Made by a program: the position numbers and the translations under genes | The notes under the pieces: generated by a model | Seen by the model: only the letters and a program-made list of their open reading frames with translations | Databases searched by the model: none | What the model was told of the DNA's origin: nothing | Part shown: piece after piece, positions 45,443 to 55,297 of the stretch | How the letters are laid out: each line of letters begins with the position of its first letter | Numbering within the stretch: position 1 is the stretch's first letter | Assembly: GCA_016124335.1 (NCBI GenBank) | Contig: WGNX01000005.1 | Coordinates: 411,524 to 475,523, forward strand | From: Alphaproteobacteria bacterium | Lineage (GTDB): Bacteria > Pseudomonadota > Alphaproteobacteria > CACIAM-22H2 | DNA: 64,000 nucleotides | Reading direction: 5' to 3'

Positions 45443-46780
45443 ATGAATCTCGGTCGAAAGCTGAAATTGCAGCTTGCCGGCGCGTTGCTGGCGGGCTCCG
45501 CCCTCACGGCGGCGGCGCCTGCATTTGCGCAGACGGAAATCCAGTGGTGGCACGCGATGACGGGCGCCAACAACGACGTCGTCAACAAGCTGGCTGCCGA
45601 CTTCAATGCGTCGCAGAAGGACTATAAGGTCGTCGCGACGTTCAAGGGCTCCTATCCCGACACGATGAGCGCCGGCATCGCCGCGTTCCGTGCCGGCAAT
45701 GCGCCGCACATCCTGCAGGTGTTCGAAGTGGGCACCGCGACGATGATGGCCGCCAAGGGCGCCATCAAGCCGGTTGCCGAAGTGATGAAGGAAGCCGGCG
45801 AGAAGTTCGATCCCGCCGCCTATCTTCCGGCGGTGACGGGCTACTATTCGACCGCGAAGGGCGAAATGCTGTCCTTCCCGTTCAACTCGTCCTCGACCGT
45901 GATGTGGTACAACAAGGACGCCTTCCGCAAGGCTGGCCTCAACCCCGATGCGCCGCCGAAGACCTGGCCCGAAGTGTTCGCGGCCGCCAAGAAGCTGAAG
46001 GCCTCGGCGACGCCGAACTGCGGCTTTTCGAACGCTTGGGTGACTTGGGTCAACATCGAGCAGTTCTCGGTGTGGCACAATATCCCGATCGGCACCAAGG
46101 CGAACGGCATCGACGGCTTCGACACCGAGCTGAAGATCAACTCGCCGCTGCATGTGAAGCATCTCGCCAATCTCGTCGAACTCGCCAAGGACAAGACGTA
46201 CGTCTATGGCGGGCGCACGAACACCGGCGAAGGCGCGTTCACGTCGGGCGAATGCCCGATCCTTCTGACCTCGTCGGGCTTCTACGGCAACGTCAAGTCG
46301 AACGCTAAGTTCGAATGGGCCAATGCGCCCATGCCGTACTATCCCGATGCGGCCGGCGCTCCGCAGAATTCCACGCTGGGCGGCGCTTCGCTCTGGATCA
46401 TGGGCGGCAAGTCGGCAGCCGAGTACAAGGGCATCGCCAAGTTCTTCGCCTTCCTGTCGGATACCGACCGTCAGGCGAAGCTGCACACGGACTCGGGCTA
46501 TCTGCCGATCACCAAGGCGGCCTACGCCAAGGTGAAGGATTCGGGCTTCTACAAGACGAACCCGTATCTCGAGACGCCGCTGATCGAGCTCACGAACAAG
46601 ACGCCGACGGAAAACTCGAAGGGGCTGCGTTTTGGCAACCTCGTCCAGATCCGCGACGTGTGGGCCGAGGAAATCGAAGACGCGCTCGCCGGCAAGAAGA
46701 CGCCGCAGGCCGCCCTCGACGCGGCCGTCAGCCGCGGCAACACGATGCTGCGCCAGTTCGAGCGTACCGCCTCGCGCTGA
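45443..46780 (+). CDS. ugpB: sn-Glycerol-3-phosphate ABC transporter substrate-binding protein.
   Basis: I trimmed the gene to MNLGRKLKLQLAGALLAGSALTAAAPAFAQ. It closely resembles E. coli UgpB as I recall it (IQWWHAMTG, GIAAFRAGNAPHILQVFEVGTATMM, GYLPITKAAY). Confidence 0.9.
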   Translation: MNLGRKLKLQLAGALLAGSALTAAAPAFAQTEIQWWHAMTGANNDVVNKLAADFNASQKDYKVVATFKGSYPDTMSAGIAAFRAGNAPHILQVFEVGTATMMAAKGAIKPVAEVMKEAGEKFDPAAYLPAVTGYYSTAKGEMLSFPFNSSSTVMWYNKDAFRKAGLNPDAPPKTWPEVFAAAKKLKASATPNCGFSNAWVTWVNIEQFSVWHNIPIGTKANGIDGFDTELKINSPLHVKHLANLVELAKDKTYVYGGRTNTGEGAFTSGECPILLTSSGFYGNVKSNAKFEWANAPMPYYPDAAGAPQNSTLGGASLWIMGGKSAAEYKGIAKFFAFLSDTDRQAKLHTDSGYLPITKAAYAKVKDSGFYKTNPYLETPLIELTNKTPTENSKGLRFGNLVQIRDVWAEEIEDALAGKKTPQAALDAAVSRGNTMLRQFERTASR

Positions 46781-46795
46781 AGCAGGAGTGACGAA

Positions 46796-46825
46796 TTGGG
46801 CCGGGTCGCGCGCGACCCGGCCCAA
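46796..46825 (+). other. Perfect 30-nt palindrome (intercistronic stem-loop) between ugpB and ugpA.
   Basis: TTGGGCCGGGTCGCG followed by CGCGACCCGGCCCAA gives up to 15 bp, or 13 bp with a 4-nt loop. It lies 16 nt after the ugpB stop. No U-tract follows. Confidence 0.65.
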
Positions 46826-46861
46826 TCTCGTTCGGGTAATCTGGAGTCCGGAGCGTAGTAC

Positions 46862-47743
46862 ATGGATCGACGCGTGATGTTCGGCGGAAAGGTGCTGCCC
46901 TATATGCTGCTGCTGCCGCAGTTCACGATCGTCGTCGTGTTTTTCTATCTTCCGGCCGGTCAGGCGGTCTGGCAGTCGTTCCTGTTGCAGGACGCCTTCG
47001 GCATCTCGACGGAATTCGTCTGGTTCGAGAATTACCAAGAGCTTTTCACGAACCCGGAATATTACCGCACGATGGGCACGACGGCCGTGTTCTCCGCGCT
47101 CGTCGCCTTCCTGTCGCTTTCCTGCGGGCTGCTGCTGGCCGTGATGGCCGACAAGCAGATCAAGGGTGCCACCATCTACAAGACGATGCTGATCTGGCCC
47201 TACGCGGTGGCGCCTGCCGTCGCCGGCGTGCTGTGGCTTTTCATGTTCCAGCCGTCGCTGGGCATGCTCGCCAAGTTGCTGCGCGAATGGGGTATCGACT
47301 GGAACCCGCTGCTGAACGGCACGCACGCGATGATCCTCGTGGTCCTGGCCGCGACGTGGAAGCAGATATCGTACAATTTCCTCTTCTTCCTCGCGGGCCT
47401 TGCCGCGATCCCGAAAAGCGTGATCGAGGCAGCCGCCATCGACGGCGCCCGGCCCGTGCGCCGATTCTGGACGATCATCTTCCCGCTGCTGTCGCCGACC
47501 GCGTTCTTCCTGCTCGTCGTGAACATCGTCTACGTGTTCTTCGACACCTTCGGCATCATCGACTCGGTCACCGGCGGCGGCCCGGCCGGCAATACGGTGA
47601 CGATGGTGTTCAAGGTCTATTACGACGGCAAGCTGGGCTCGGACCTCGGCGGCTCGGCCGCGCAGTCGGTTGTCCTCATGCTGATCGTGATCGCACTGAC
47701 CGCGATCCAGTTCCGCTTCGTCGAGCGCAAGGTGCAGTACTGA
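46862..47743 (+). CDS. ugpA: sn-Glycerol-3-phosphate ABC transporter permease UgpA.
   Basis: The 293-aa ORF has an EAA loop ([24 protein letters not shown]). Confidence 0.9.
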   Translation: MDRRVMFGGKVLPYMLLLPQFTIVVVFFYLPAGQAVWQSFLLQDAFGISTEFVWFENYQELFTNPEYYRTMGTTAVFSALVAFLSLSCGLLLAVMADKQIKGATIYKTMLIWPYAVAPAVAGVLWLFMFQPSLGMLAKLLREWGIDWNPLLNGTHAMILVVLAATWKQISYNFLFFLAGLAAIPKSVIEAAAIDGARPVRRFWTIIFPLLSPTAFFLLVVNIVYVFFDTFGIIDSVTGGGPAGNTVTMVFKVYYDGKLGSDLGGSAAQSVVLMLIVIALTAIQFRFVERKVQY

Positions 47744-48594
47744 TGGTCGAGCGACAGACATTCGCGAGCAAGTTCGTGCCGCACCTGGTGCTGATCGTCG
47801 GCGTGTGCATTGTCGCCTTCCCGGTCTACCTGGCATTGCTCGCATCGACCTACGATGCCGCATCGGTCCAGACGGGCAAGATGACGCTGGTTCCCGGCGG
47901 GCAGATGATCGAGAACTACTCGCGCATCATCTTTTCCGGCACGAATTCGTCGACGCGCGAGCCGGTCGGCACGATGCTTTTGAACAGCCTCATCATGGCG
48001 CTGTGCGTGTCGCTGGGAAAAATCGCGATCTCGCTGATCTCGGCCTATGCGATCGTGTTCTTCCGCTTCCCGTTCCGCATGACGGCGTTCTGGCTGATTT
48101 TCGTCACGCTGATGCTGCCGGTCGAGGTCCGCATTTTCCCCACCTACAAGATCGTCGTCGATCTTGGCCTGCTTGATACTTATGCCGGGCTGACCGTACC
48201 GTTGATCGCGTCCGCGACGGCCACGCTGCTTTTCCGCCAGTTCTTCATGACCGTCCCGGGCGAACTGGTCGAGGCGTCGAAGATCGACGGTGCGGGACCA
48301 TACAAGTTTTTCGTCGACACGCTGCTCCCGCTGTCGGTGACGACGATTGCGGCGCTGTTCGTGATCCAGTTCATCTATGGCTGGAACCAGTATCTCTGGC
48401 CGCTGCTCATCACCACGCGCGACAGCATGCAGACGGTCGTCATCGGCATCAAGAAGATGATCACCACGCAGGACGCGCTGACCGAATGGCAGCTCGCGAT
48501 GGCGACGGCCGTGCTGGCGCTGCTGCCGCCCGTGTTCGTGGTCGTCGTGATGCAGAAGCTGTTCGTCAAGGGTCTCGTCGAGACCGAAAAGTAA
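47743..48594 (+). CDS. ugpE: sn-Glycerol-3-phosphate ABC transporter permease UgpE.
   Basis: I trimmed the gene to [11 protein letters not shown]..., which starts in a TGATG overlap with ugpA. It has an EAA loop (LVEASKIDGAGPYKFFVDTLLPL). Confidence 0.9.
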   Translation: MVERQTFASKFVPHLVLIVGVCIVAFPVYLALLASTYDAASVQTGKMTLVPGGQMIENYSRIIFSGTNSSTREPVGTMLLNSLIMALCVSLGKIAISLISAYAIVFFRFPFRMTAFWLIFVTLMLPVEVRIFPTYKIVVDLGLLDTYAGLTVPLIASATATLLFRQFFMTVPGELVEASKIDGAGPYKFFVDTLLPLSVTTIAALFVIQFIYGWNQYLWPLLITTRDSMQTVVIGIKKMITTQDALTEWQLAMATAVLALLPPVFVVVVMQKLFVKGLVETEK

Positions 48595-48622
48595 CAGGGA
48601 ATTGGGGCGAAGGAAGTAGCGA

Positions 48623-49702
<1,080 letters not shown>

Positions 49703-49706
49703 GCGC

Positions 49707-50573
49707 TCAAAGCTCGATTTCGGTCCAGATCGGCTGGTGGTCGGAGCCTTGGGCCTTGTCGTCGATCCAGGCCCGCTTGATGCGGCCGGCAAGCGAAGCG
49801 CTCGCGAAGCAGAAGTCGATGCGGAAGAGTTTCTTGTTCGTGGTGCTGTCGCAGGTGATCCCGCTTTCCTCGGGATTTCCGGCCGCGACATAGGCATCGA
49901 CAAGTCCGTCGATCGCGGTCATCCGGCCATATTCGTTCGACATGGGGCCGACGATCCGCTCGTAAAGCGGCGAATCGGCCGTCATGTTGAAATCTCCCAT
50001 GAAGAAGGCCGGGCGTGGCATCGGCGGCGCCGCCTTGCCTTGCGTCCAGCCGGAGTCCCGGTGTCCGCCCGACCAGGCGCCGCCTTCGGACGGTGCATTG
50101 CGATGGATCTCGACCAGCCGGTCGACCTGCGGACCGCGGTCCCCGTCGCTCAGATGCGAAAGATGCGTCGAGTAGATGCGCAAAGGTCCGGCGCCGGGCG
50201 TATCGACGACCGCTTCGATCGCGGAGCGCTGGATGCTGTGCAGCGAAGCCGTGCCGAATTTCGGCAGCAGATGGTTGCGCGAACTGATGATCGGCGTGCG
50301 GCTGAACAGCATGTTGCCGAACTGCCGGCGGCGGTTGCCGGGCGGCGCGCCGTCGGCATGCATGTCGTATCCGGGTCCGTAGACCCAGTAATATCCGTCG
50401 AGTGCTTCGGCAAGCACCGCCGGCTGGTCGACATCGCCCGTACGCGGCCAATGCCGTTCCACTTCCTGCATGGCGATCACGTCGGCGCCACGCACGGCAT
50501 CGGCAATCCGGCGAAGGTCGATTTTTCCGTCTTTCCCGGTGCCGTACTGGATATTGTAGCTGGCGAATAGCAT
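49707..50573 (-). CDS. Endonuclease/exonuclease/phosphatase (EEP) family protein.
   Basis: The 288-aa ORF has motifs spanning the fold: ASYNIQYG, IAMQEV, GDFN and a C-terminal SDHQPIW. Confidence 0.85.
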   Translation of the reverse strand: MLFASYNIQYGTGKDGKIDLRRIADAVRGADVIAMQEVERHWPRTGDVDQPAVLAEALDGYYWVYGPGYDMHADGAPPGNRRRQFGNMLFSRTPIISSRNHLLPKFGTASLHSIQRSAIEAVVDTPGAGPLRIYSTHLSHLSDGDRGPQVDRLVEIHRNAPSEGGAWSGGHRDSGWTQGKAAPPMPRPAFFMGDFNMTADSPLYERIVGPMSNEYGRMTAIDGLVDAYVAAGNPEESGITCDSTTNKKLFRIDFCFASASLAGRIKRAWIDDKAQGSDHQPIWTEIEL

Positions 50574-51498
50574 GACCGAAGCGACTCCCCCTCTGCATGG
50601 CGCCCGTCTGGCCCTCGCGCTCGTCTACATGACGTGCATGGGGCTGATCTGGGGGCTCCAGTTTTCGCTGGCGAAGATCGCGACGCAAGGCGGAATTCAC
50701 CCGCTGGGCTTCACGCTGGCGGTTTCGGTCTCGGCGGCAGCGGTACTCGCGGCCGCGGCACGTCTGCGCGGGGCCAGCATTCCCGTCGGCCGCCGCCACC
50801 GCGTCTACACGATCCTCGCCGGTGCCACGGCGATCGCAATCCCGAATTCGGTCGCGGTCCTTGTCGTCAGTCATGTTCCGGCCGGGCTTGCCGCCGTGGT
50901 CAACACGCTTTCGCCGGTAATGACCTATGCGATGGCCGTCGCCGTCGGCATGGAACGGCCGCAGCGCGCCCGGCTGCTCGGTATCGGATTCGGCATCGCG
51001 GGGGCGTTGCTGGTGGTTCTGCCGCGGGCGAGCCTGCCCGATCCCGACATGGCGCCGTGGGTGCTGCTTTGCCTGCTGGTGCCGTTCTTCTACGCGCTGT
51101 CGAACGTCTATATCGCCCGCGCGCGGCCCGCCGACGTCGATTCGATCGGGCTTGCAGCCGGCATGCAGCTTGGGGCCGCCGCCTGCATCCTGCCCCTGGC
51201 CCTGGCAAGCGGCTCGGCACATCTGCCGTTGCCGCCGGAAGGACCAGCCGACTGGGCGCTGATCGTGCAATGCTGCTTTGGCGGGTTGGGCTCGCTGCTG
51301 TTTTTCGAGGTGCTGCGGCTGGCCGGCCCCGTCTTCTTCAGCCAGACGGGTTTCATCGTGACGCTCGCCGGCGTCTTCTGGGGCTGGCTCATCTTCGACG
51401 AGACGCTCAGCATCTTCGTGTGGACGGCGATGGCCGCGATTTTCGTCGGTCTTGCCCTGGTGACGCGCGCGGGTCGGGTCAGCGGTTCTCGCGGATGA
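50572..51498 (+). CDS. DMT-superfamily (EamA-like) transporter.
   Basis: The 308-aa ORF has about 10 predicted transmembrane helices in two EamA-like halves. The start is uncertain: the ATG at 50572 overlaps the divergent EEP start codon, and the ATG at 50629 (MTCMGLIWG) is an alternative. Confidence 0.75.
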   Translation: MTEATPPLHGARLALALVYMTCMGLIWGLQFSLAKIATQGGIHPLGFTLAVSVSAAAVLAAAARLRGASIPVGRRHRVYTILAGATAIAIPNSVAVLVVSHVPAGLAAVVNTLSPVMTYAMAVAVGMERPQRARLLGIGFGIAGALLVVLPRASLPDPDMAPWVLLCLLVPFFYALSNVYIARARPADVDSIGLAAGMQLGAAACILPLALASGSAHLPLPPEGPADWALIVQCCFGGLGSLLFFEVLRLAGPVFFSQTGFIVTLAGVFWGWLIFDETLSIFVWTAMAAIFVGLALVTRAGRVSGSRG

Positions 51499-52705
51499 AA
51501 TCGCGCACCTGCGGCATGATTTCGCCGCGCCAGCGTTTGCCGTTGAAAATGCCATAGTGGCCGACATTCTTCTGCAGCCAGTGCCGATGCCGGTCGGCGG
51601 GCAGGTTCGTGCACAACGCATGGGCGGCGTAGGTCTGGCCGACACCGGAAATGTCGTCGAGTTCACCTTCGACGGTCATCAGCGCCGTGTTGCGGATGGC
51701 GCCCGGATCGACCTTGCGCCCGCGCGAGACCCACGTGCCGGTCGGCAGCGCGTGTTCCTGGAAGGCGAGGCGGATCGTCTGCAGATAGAAAGCCGCGTCG
51801 AGATCCATGACCGACAGATACTCGTCATAGAATTCCCGATGCGCCTGCGCGCTGAGCCCGTCGCCCCGCACGAGGTGCTGGTACTGTTTCATCGCCGAGC
51901 CGACATGCCGGTCGAGATTCATGCTCATGAAACCGGTCAGCTGCAGGAAGCCCGGATAGACGCGCCGCATGAAGCCCGGATAGCCGGGCGGAACGTTCGT
52001 CGTGACCGTGCGCTCGAACCACTCGATCGAGCGGTCTTCGGCAAGCTTGTTGACCTTCGTGGGATTGACGCGCGTGTCGACCGGACCGCCCATCAGCGTC
52101 ATCGAGCGCGGCGCCGTCGCCGGATCGAGGACGGAAATAAGCGAGACGGCCGCCATCACCGGAACCGACGGCTGGCACACCGCGATCAGGTGCGTCTCGG
52201 GGCCGAGAAACTCCATGAATTCGATCAGGTAGTCGACATAGTCGTCGAGATCGAATGAGGTGCCTTCGATCATCGGCACGAGTGCGGCATTCATCCAGTC
52301 GGTGATGTAGACGTCGTGGTCAGGCAGCAATGCTTCCACGGTACCGCGCAGCAGCGTGGCGTAATGGCCCGACATGGGGGCCACGACCAGAACGGCCGGA
52401 TCGTCGCGTTCGGCCGGCGTCTCGCGCTTGAAATGCAGCAGGTCGCAGAACGGCTTGGAAAGGACCACTTCCTCGGCGACCGGAACTTCCATGCCGTCGA
52501 TCGTGGTCTTGTCGAGCCGGAAGGCGGGCTTGCCGTAGCGGCGCGTCGCGCGCTCGATCATCTCGGCGCCGGCGGCCATCGCACGGCCGAAACGGGTGTA
52601 CGACATCGGCAGCATCGGATGGCTGAAGACGTTCTGCACGGCCTCGGCCGCAAGGCGAACGGGCGAAAGCAGCGTCTGCTGCATGTCATAGAGCTGATAG
52701 AGCAT
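51479..52705 (-). CDS. phaZ: Intracellular polyhydroxyalkanoate depolymerase.
   Basis: I trimmed the gene to MLYQLYDMQQTLLSPVRL..., with an AGGGAG Shine-Dalgarno sequence upstream. It resembles the PhaZ (TIGR01849-type) family over its full length (VVAPMSGHYATLLR, AVCQP). Confidence 0.85.
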   Translation of the reverse strand: MLYQLYDMQQTLLSPVRLAAEAVQNVFSHPMLPMSYTRFGRAMAAGAEMIERATRRYGKPAFRLDKTTIDGMEVPVAEEVVLSKPFCDLLHFKRETPAERDDPAVLVVAPMSGHYATLLRGTVEALLPDHDVYITDWMNAALVPMIEGTSFDLDDYVDYLIEFMEFLGPETHLIAVCQPSVPVMAAVSLISVLDPATAPRSMTLMGGPVDTRVNPTKVNKLAEDRSIEWFERTVTTNVPPGYPGFMRRVYPGFLQLTGFMSMNLDRHVGSAMKQYQHLVRGDGLSAQAHREFYDEYLSVMDLDAAFYLQTIRLAFQEHALPTGTWVSRGRKVDPGAIRNTALMTVEGELDDISGVGQTYAAHALCTNLPADRHRHWLQKNVGHYGIFNGKRWRGEIMPQVRDFIRENR

Positions 52706-52758
52706 GGTTACTCCCTGCGGCATGCCGGCTTCGAGTCGGCGTGCCGCTTTCGTCCAAC

Positions 52759-54090
52759 TTATCCGTACGGGGCCGAATGTCCAGCACGGTCAATGATGTG
52801 CTGGAACGACCCTGCGACGCGACCGATGCGGCAACCGGCCGTCCCAAGCGGCGCGCCGCGCGCGTCGCGGGCATGGAACAGCGGCGCGTCCTCGTCCTGC
52901 GCGAGAATGCTCGCGTAGTGGAATTCGTGGCCGCGCAGCACCGTGCCCGCCTTTCCAAGGACGCAGTCCGAATCGAGCGTCATCTCCCGATAGCCAAGAT
53001 GCAGGCGGCGGTGCGCGAACGAAGTCTCGACCGGTAGGAGTCCGAGCATCTCGTGGCTCGTGCCGTCAGAATCGACGATGCGGCGGCCCAGCGTCATGTA
53101 GCCGCCGCACTCGCCGTAAACGCTTCCGGAAAACCGGCGCATCGCTTTGGCGAAATTTCCGGCCGCCGCAAGCCGGCCGGCGTGCAGTTCGGGGTAGCCG
53201 CCGGGAAGGAAAACGGCATCGCAGCTTGCGTCCGGCGCTTCGTCGTCGAGTGGCGAGAAGAAGACGATTTCCGCGCCGCTTTCATGCCATGCATCGAGCA
53301 TCGCGGGATATGCGAATACGAAGGCCGCATCGCGTGCGACGGCGATGCGGCTGCCGATCGGCGCCAGCGGTTCCACCGCGGCCGATCGTGCGAAATGTGC
53401 CGGCCGCGCCGTGGCGGCAAGGGCGCCGAGATCGATCGTGCGCGTGCAGGTCTCCGCCGCGCCGTCGAGAAACGCTTCAAGGCCCGGTTGCTCGCCCGCC
53501 GGTACGAGGCCGAGATGCCGTTCCGGCAAGACGAGGGCGGCATCGCGCGCGACCGCGCCAAGGCAGGGGACTTCGGGGCAGGCGAGCGCCAGCGCCTCGC
53601 GCAGCAGCGCCACATGCGACGGCCCGCCGCAGCGATTGAAGATCACGCCGGCAAAGACGAGATCGTTTCGCGCACGCACGAAACCGGAAACGAGCGGGCC
53701 GGCCGAGGCCGCAAGGCCGCGCGCATCGACGACCAGCACGATCGGCCAGCCGGTGCGCGCGGCAAGTTCGGCCGTCGAGCCGGTGCCGCGCGCGTCGATG
53801 CCGTCGAACAGCCCCATCACGCCTTCGCAAAGAACGATGTCCGAACCTTCCGAAAGTGCCTGGATCGATGCGTCCAGTGTCTCGGGCCGCATCGCCCAGA
53901 CATCGAGATTGCGCCCGGCCCGGCGCGCGGCCGCGGCGTGGTATGTCGGATCGATGTAGTCAGGCCCGCATTTGGCCGGTGCCACGCGCAGGCCCTGACG
54001 GCCGAATGCCCGCATCAGCCCCAGCGAAAGCGTCGTCTTGCCGCTGCCGGAAGCGGGTGCGGCGAGGATCAGTCCGCCCGCAATGCTCAA
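52759..54090 (-). CDS. cobB: Hydrogenobyrinate/cobyrinate a,c-diamide synthase.
   Basis: The ORF shows LILAAPASGSGKTTLSLGLMRAF, a P-loop in a CobQ/CobB/MinD fold, with a C-terminal GATase domain (GECGGYM). I placed the start at the TTG at 54090, since no ATG is available. The upstream 59 codons of the track ORF are Arg-rich. Confidence 0.85.
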   Translation of the reverse strand: MSIAGGLILAAPASGSGKTTLSLGLMRAFGRQGLRVAPAKCGPDYIDPTYHAAAARRAGRNLDVWAMRPETLDASIQALSEGSDIVLCEGVMGLFDGIDARGTGSTAELAARTGWPIVLVVDARGLAASAGPLVSGFVRARNDLVFAGVIFNRCGGPSHVALLREALALACPEVPCLGAVARDAALVLPERHLGLVPAGEQPGLEAFLDGAAETCTRTIDLGALAATARPAHFARSAAVEPLAPIGSRIAVARDAAFVFAYPAMLDAWHESGAEIVFFSPLDDEAPDASCDAVFLPGGYPELHAGRLAAAGNFAKAMRRFSGSVYGECGGYMTLGRRIVDSDGTSHEMLGLLPVETSFAHRRLHLGYREMTLDSDCVLGKAGTVLRGHEFHYASILAQDEDAPLFHARDARGAPLGTAGCRIGRVAGSFQHIIDRAGHSAPYG

Positions 54091-54386
54091 ATCGAGCGCG
54101 CCGCGCCGCCGGTCTTGGTATCGGTCTGCCGTTCGCGCCGCCAGCCGCGCTGCTCCATGCAGCGACGATATTCTTCGGCGGTCATCGACGACGAGCCGGG
54201 CCGGCCGGCTTCGGCGCCGAACTCGCCGCGGTCGGCATAGCCGTATCCGCTCGCGCTCCGGCGGCATTCGTACTGGTCATACTCCAGCTCGCCAGGCGCG
54301 GCGCTTTCCTTGATCCAAGTCGTGCGCGACTCGCACGCGCCCAGAGTCACCGCAATGATCGCCGCCGCGACCGAATACCGAATCAT
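54087..54386 (-). CDS. Small putative lipoprotein.
   Basis: MIRYSVAAAIIAVTLGACES... carries a lipobox (LGAC). The alternative start is the TTG at 54404, which overlaps the cobA stop. The gene's stop overlaps the cobB TTG start (TTGA). The mature part has two conserved-looking Cys contexts (YECRR, YRRCMEQRGW). Confidence 0.6.
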   Translation of the reverse strand: MIRYSVAAAIIAVTLGACESRTTWIKESAAPGELEYDQYECRRSASGYGYADRGEFGAEAGRPGSSSMTAEEYRRCMEQRGWRRERQTDTKTGGAARSI

Positions 54387-54400
54387 CCTCGTGTCCCCTT

Positions 54401-55246
54401 TCAAGCCGATTCCGCCGGATCGTGACCCGCGATCCCGAGCGGATCGGCGTCGAGTGCGCGTCCTTGGGCCGCGCCAAGCCAGTCGAGGCCCGCACGCAAC
54501 CGTACCACTTCGCCGACGACGAACAGAGCCGGCGGTTCAAGACCGGCCGCCGCGCAGTCGCGCGCGGCATCGCCAAGCGTCGTTTCGAGAACCTGCTGCG
54601 TCGGCGTGCTGGCGCGCGCGACGATCGCGGCCGGCGTATGCGCCGAACGACCCGCCTTCATGAGCAGGCCCGCGATACGTTCGAGATGCTTGAGCGCCAT
54701 GTAGAAAACGATCGTCGGCGCGCCGCGTGCAATGCCTTCCCAGTCAAGACCGTCCGGCACGTCGCCGGTAACGCCGTGGCCGGTGACGAACGTCACCGAC
54801 TGGTTCGTGTCCCGGTGCGTGACGGGGATGCCGGCATACGCAAGCCCGCCGATGCCCGACGTCACGCCCGGCACGATGCGAAACGCGATGTCGGCCCCGG
54901 CGAGTGCCAGCGCTTCTTCCCCGCCGCGGCCGAACACGAACGGGTCGCCGCCCTTCAGGCGCAGAACCCGGCGCCCGTCGCGCGCCAGTTCGACAAGACG
55001 ATGGGAAATATCGCGCTGGCTGGGGCCGGGCTTGCCGCCGCGCTTGCCGGCAAATTCGAGAACGGCGCCTGTCCGGGCAAGTTTGAGGACCCGCGCATCG
55101 ACCAGGGCGTCGTAGACGATCACGTCGGCATGCCGCAGCGCGTGAAGGCCCAGCAGGGAAAGCAGGCCCGGATCGCCCGGCCCCGCACCCACCAGCCATA
55201 CGGTGCCGGGGGTGAATTCCGGCATATCCAGCGCTTGCATTTCCAT
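54401..55246 (-). CDS. cobA: Uroporphyrinogen-III C-methyltransferase (SUMT).
   Basis: Motifs VWLVGAGPGDPGLL, VIVYDALV and RLKGGDPFVFGRGGEE are present. Later start codons (M3 or M8) are possible. Confidence 0.85.
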   Translation of the reverse strand: MEMQALDMPEFTPGTVWLVGAGPGDPGLLSLLGLHALRHADVIVYDALVDARVLKLARTGAVLEFAGKRGGKPGPSQRDISHRLVELARDGRRVLRLKGGDPFVFGRGGEEALALAGADIAFRIVPGVTSGIGGLAYAGIPVTHRDTNQSVTFVTGHGVTGDVPDGLDWEGIARGAPTIVFYMALKHLERIAGLLMKAGRSAHTPAAIVARASTPTQQVLETTLGDAARDCAAAGLEPPALFVVGEVVRLRAGLDWLGAAQGRALDADPLGIAGHDPAESA

Positions 55247-55248
55247 TT

Positions 55249-55290
55249 AGTAGGCAGTCTATCTCCCCCGGGCGGTCGATGCTAGCCTAC
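55249..55290. promoter_or_regulatory. Inverted repeat filling the 51-bp divergent cobA / cbiD intergenic region.
   Basis: AGTAGGC (55249..55255) and GCCTACT (55284..55290) are perfect 7-bp arms, extendable to 9 of 10 positions, separated by 28 nt that contain CCCGGG. Confidence 0.35.
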
Positions 55291-55297
55291 TGAAACT

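Noticed and set aside
55247-55297. A cobalamin riboswitch controlling the cob genes or the BtuF-like gene (I also checked 33274..33375).
   Set aside because: The intergenic regions are 51 and 102 nt, too short for the element, and I found no B12-box-like sequence. The cobH leader lies outside the window. A covariance-model scan is still advisable.
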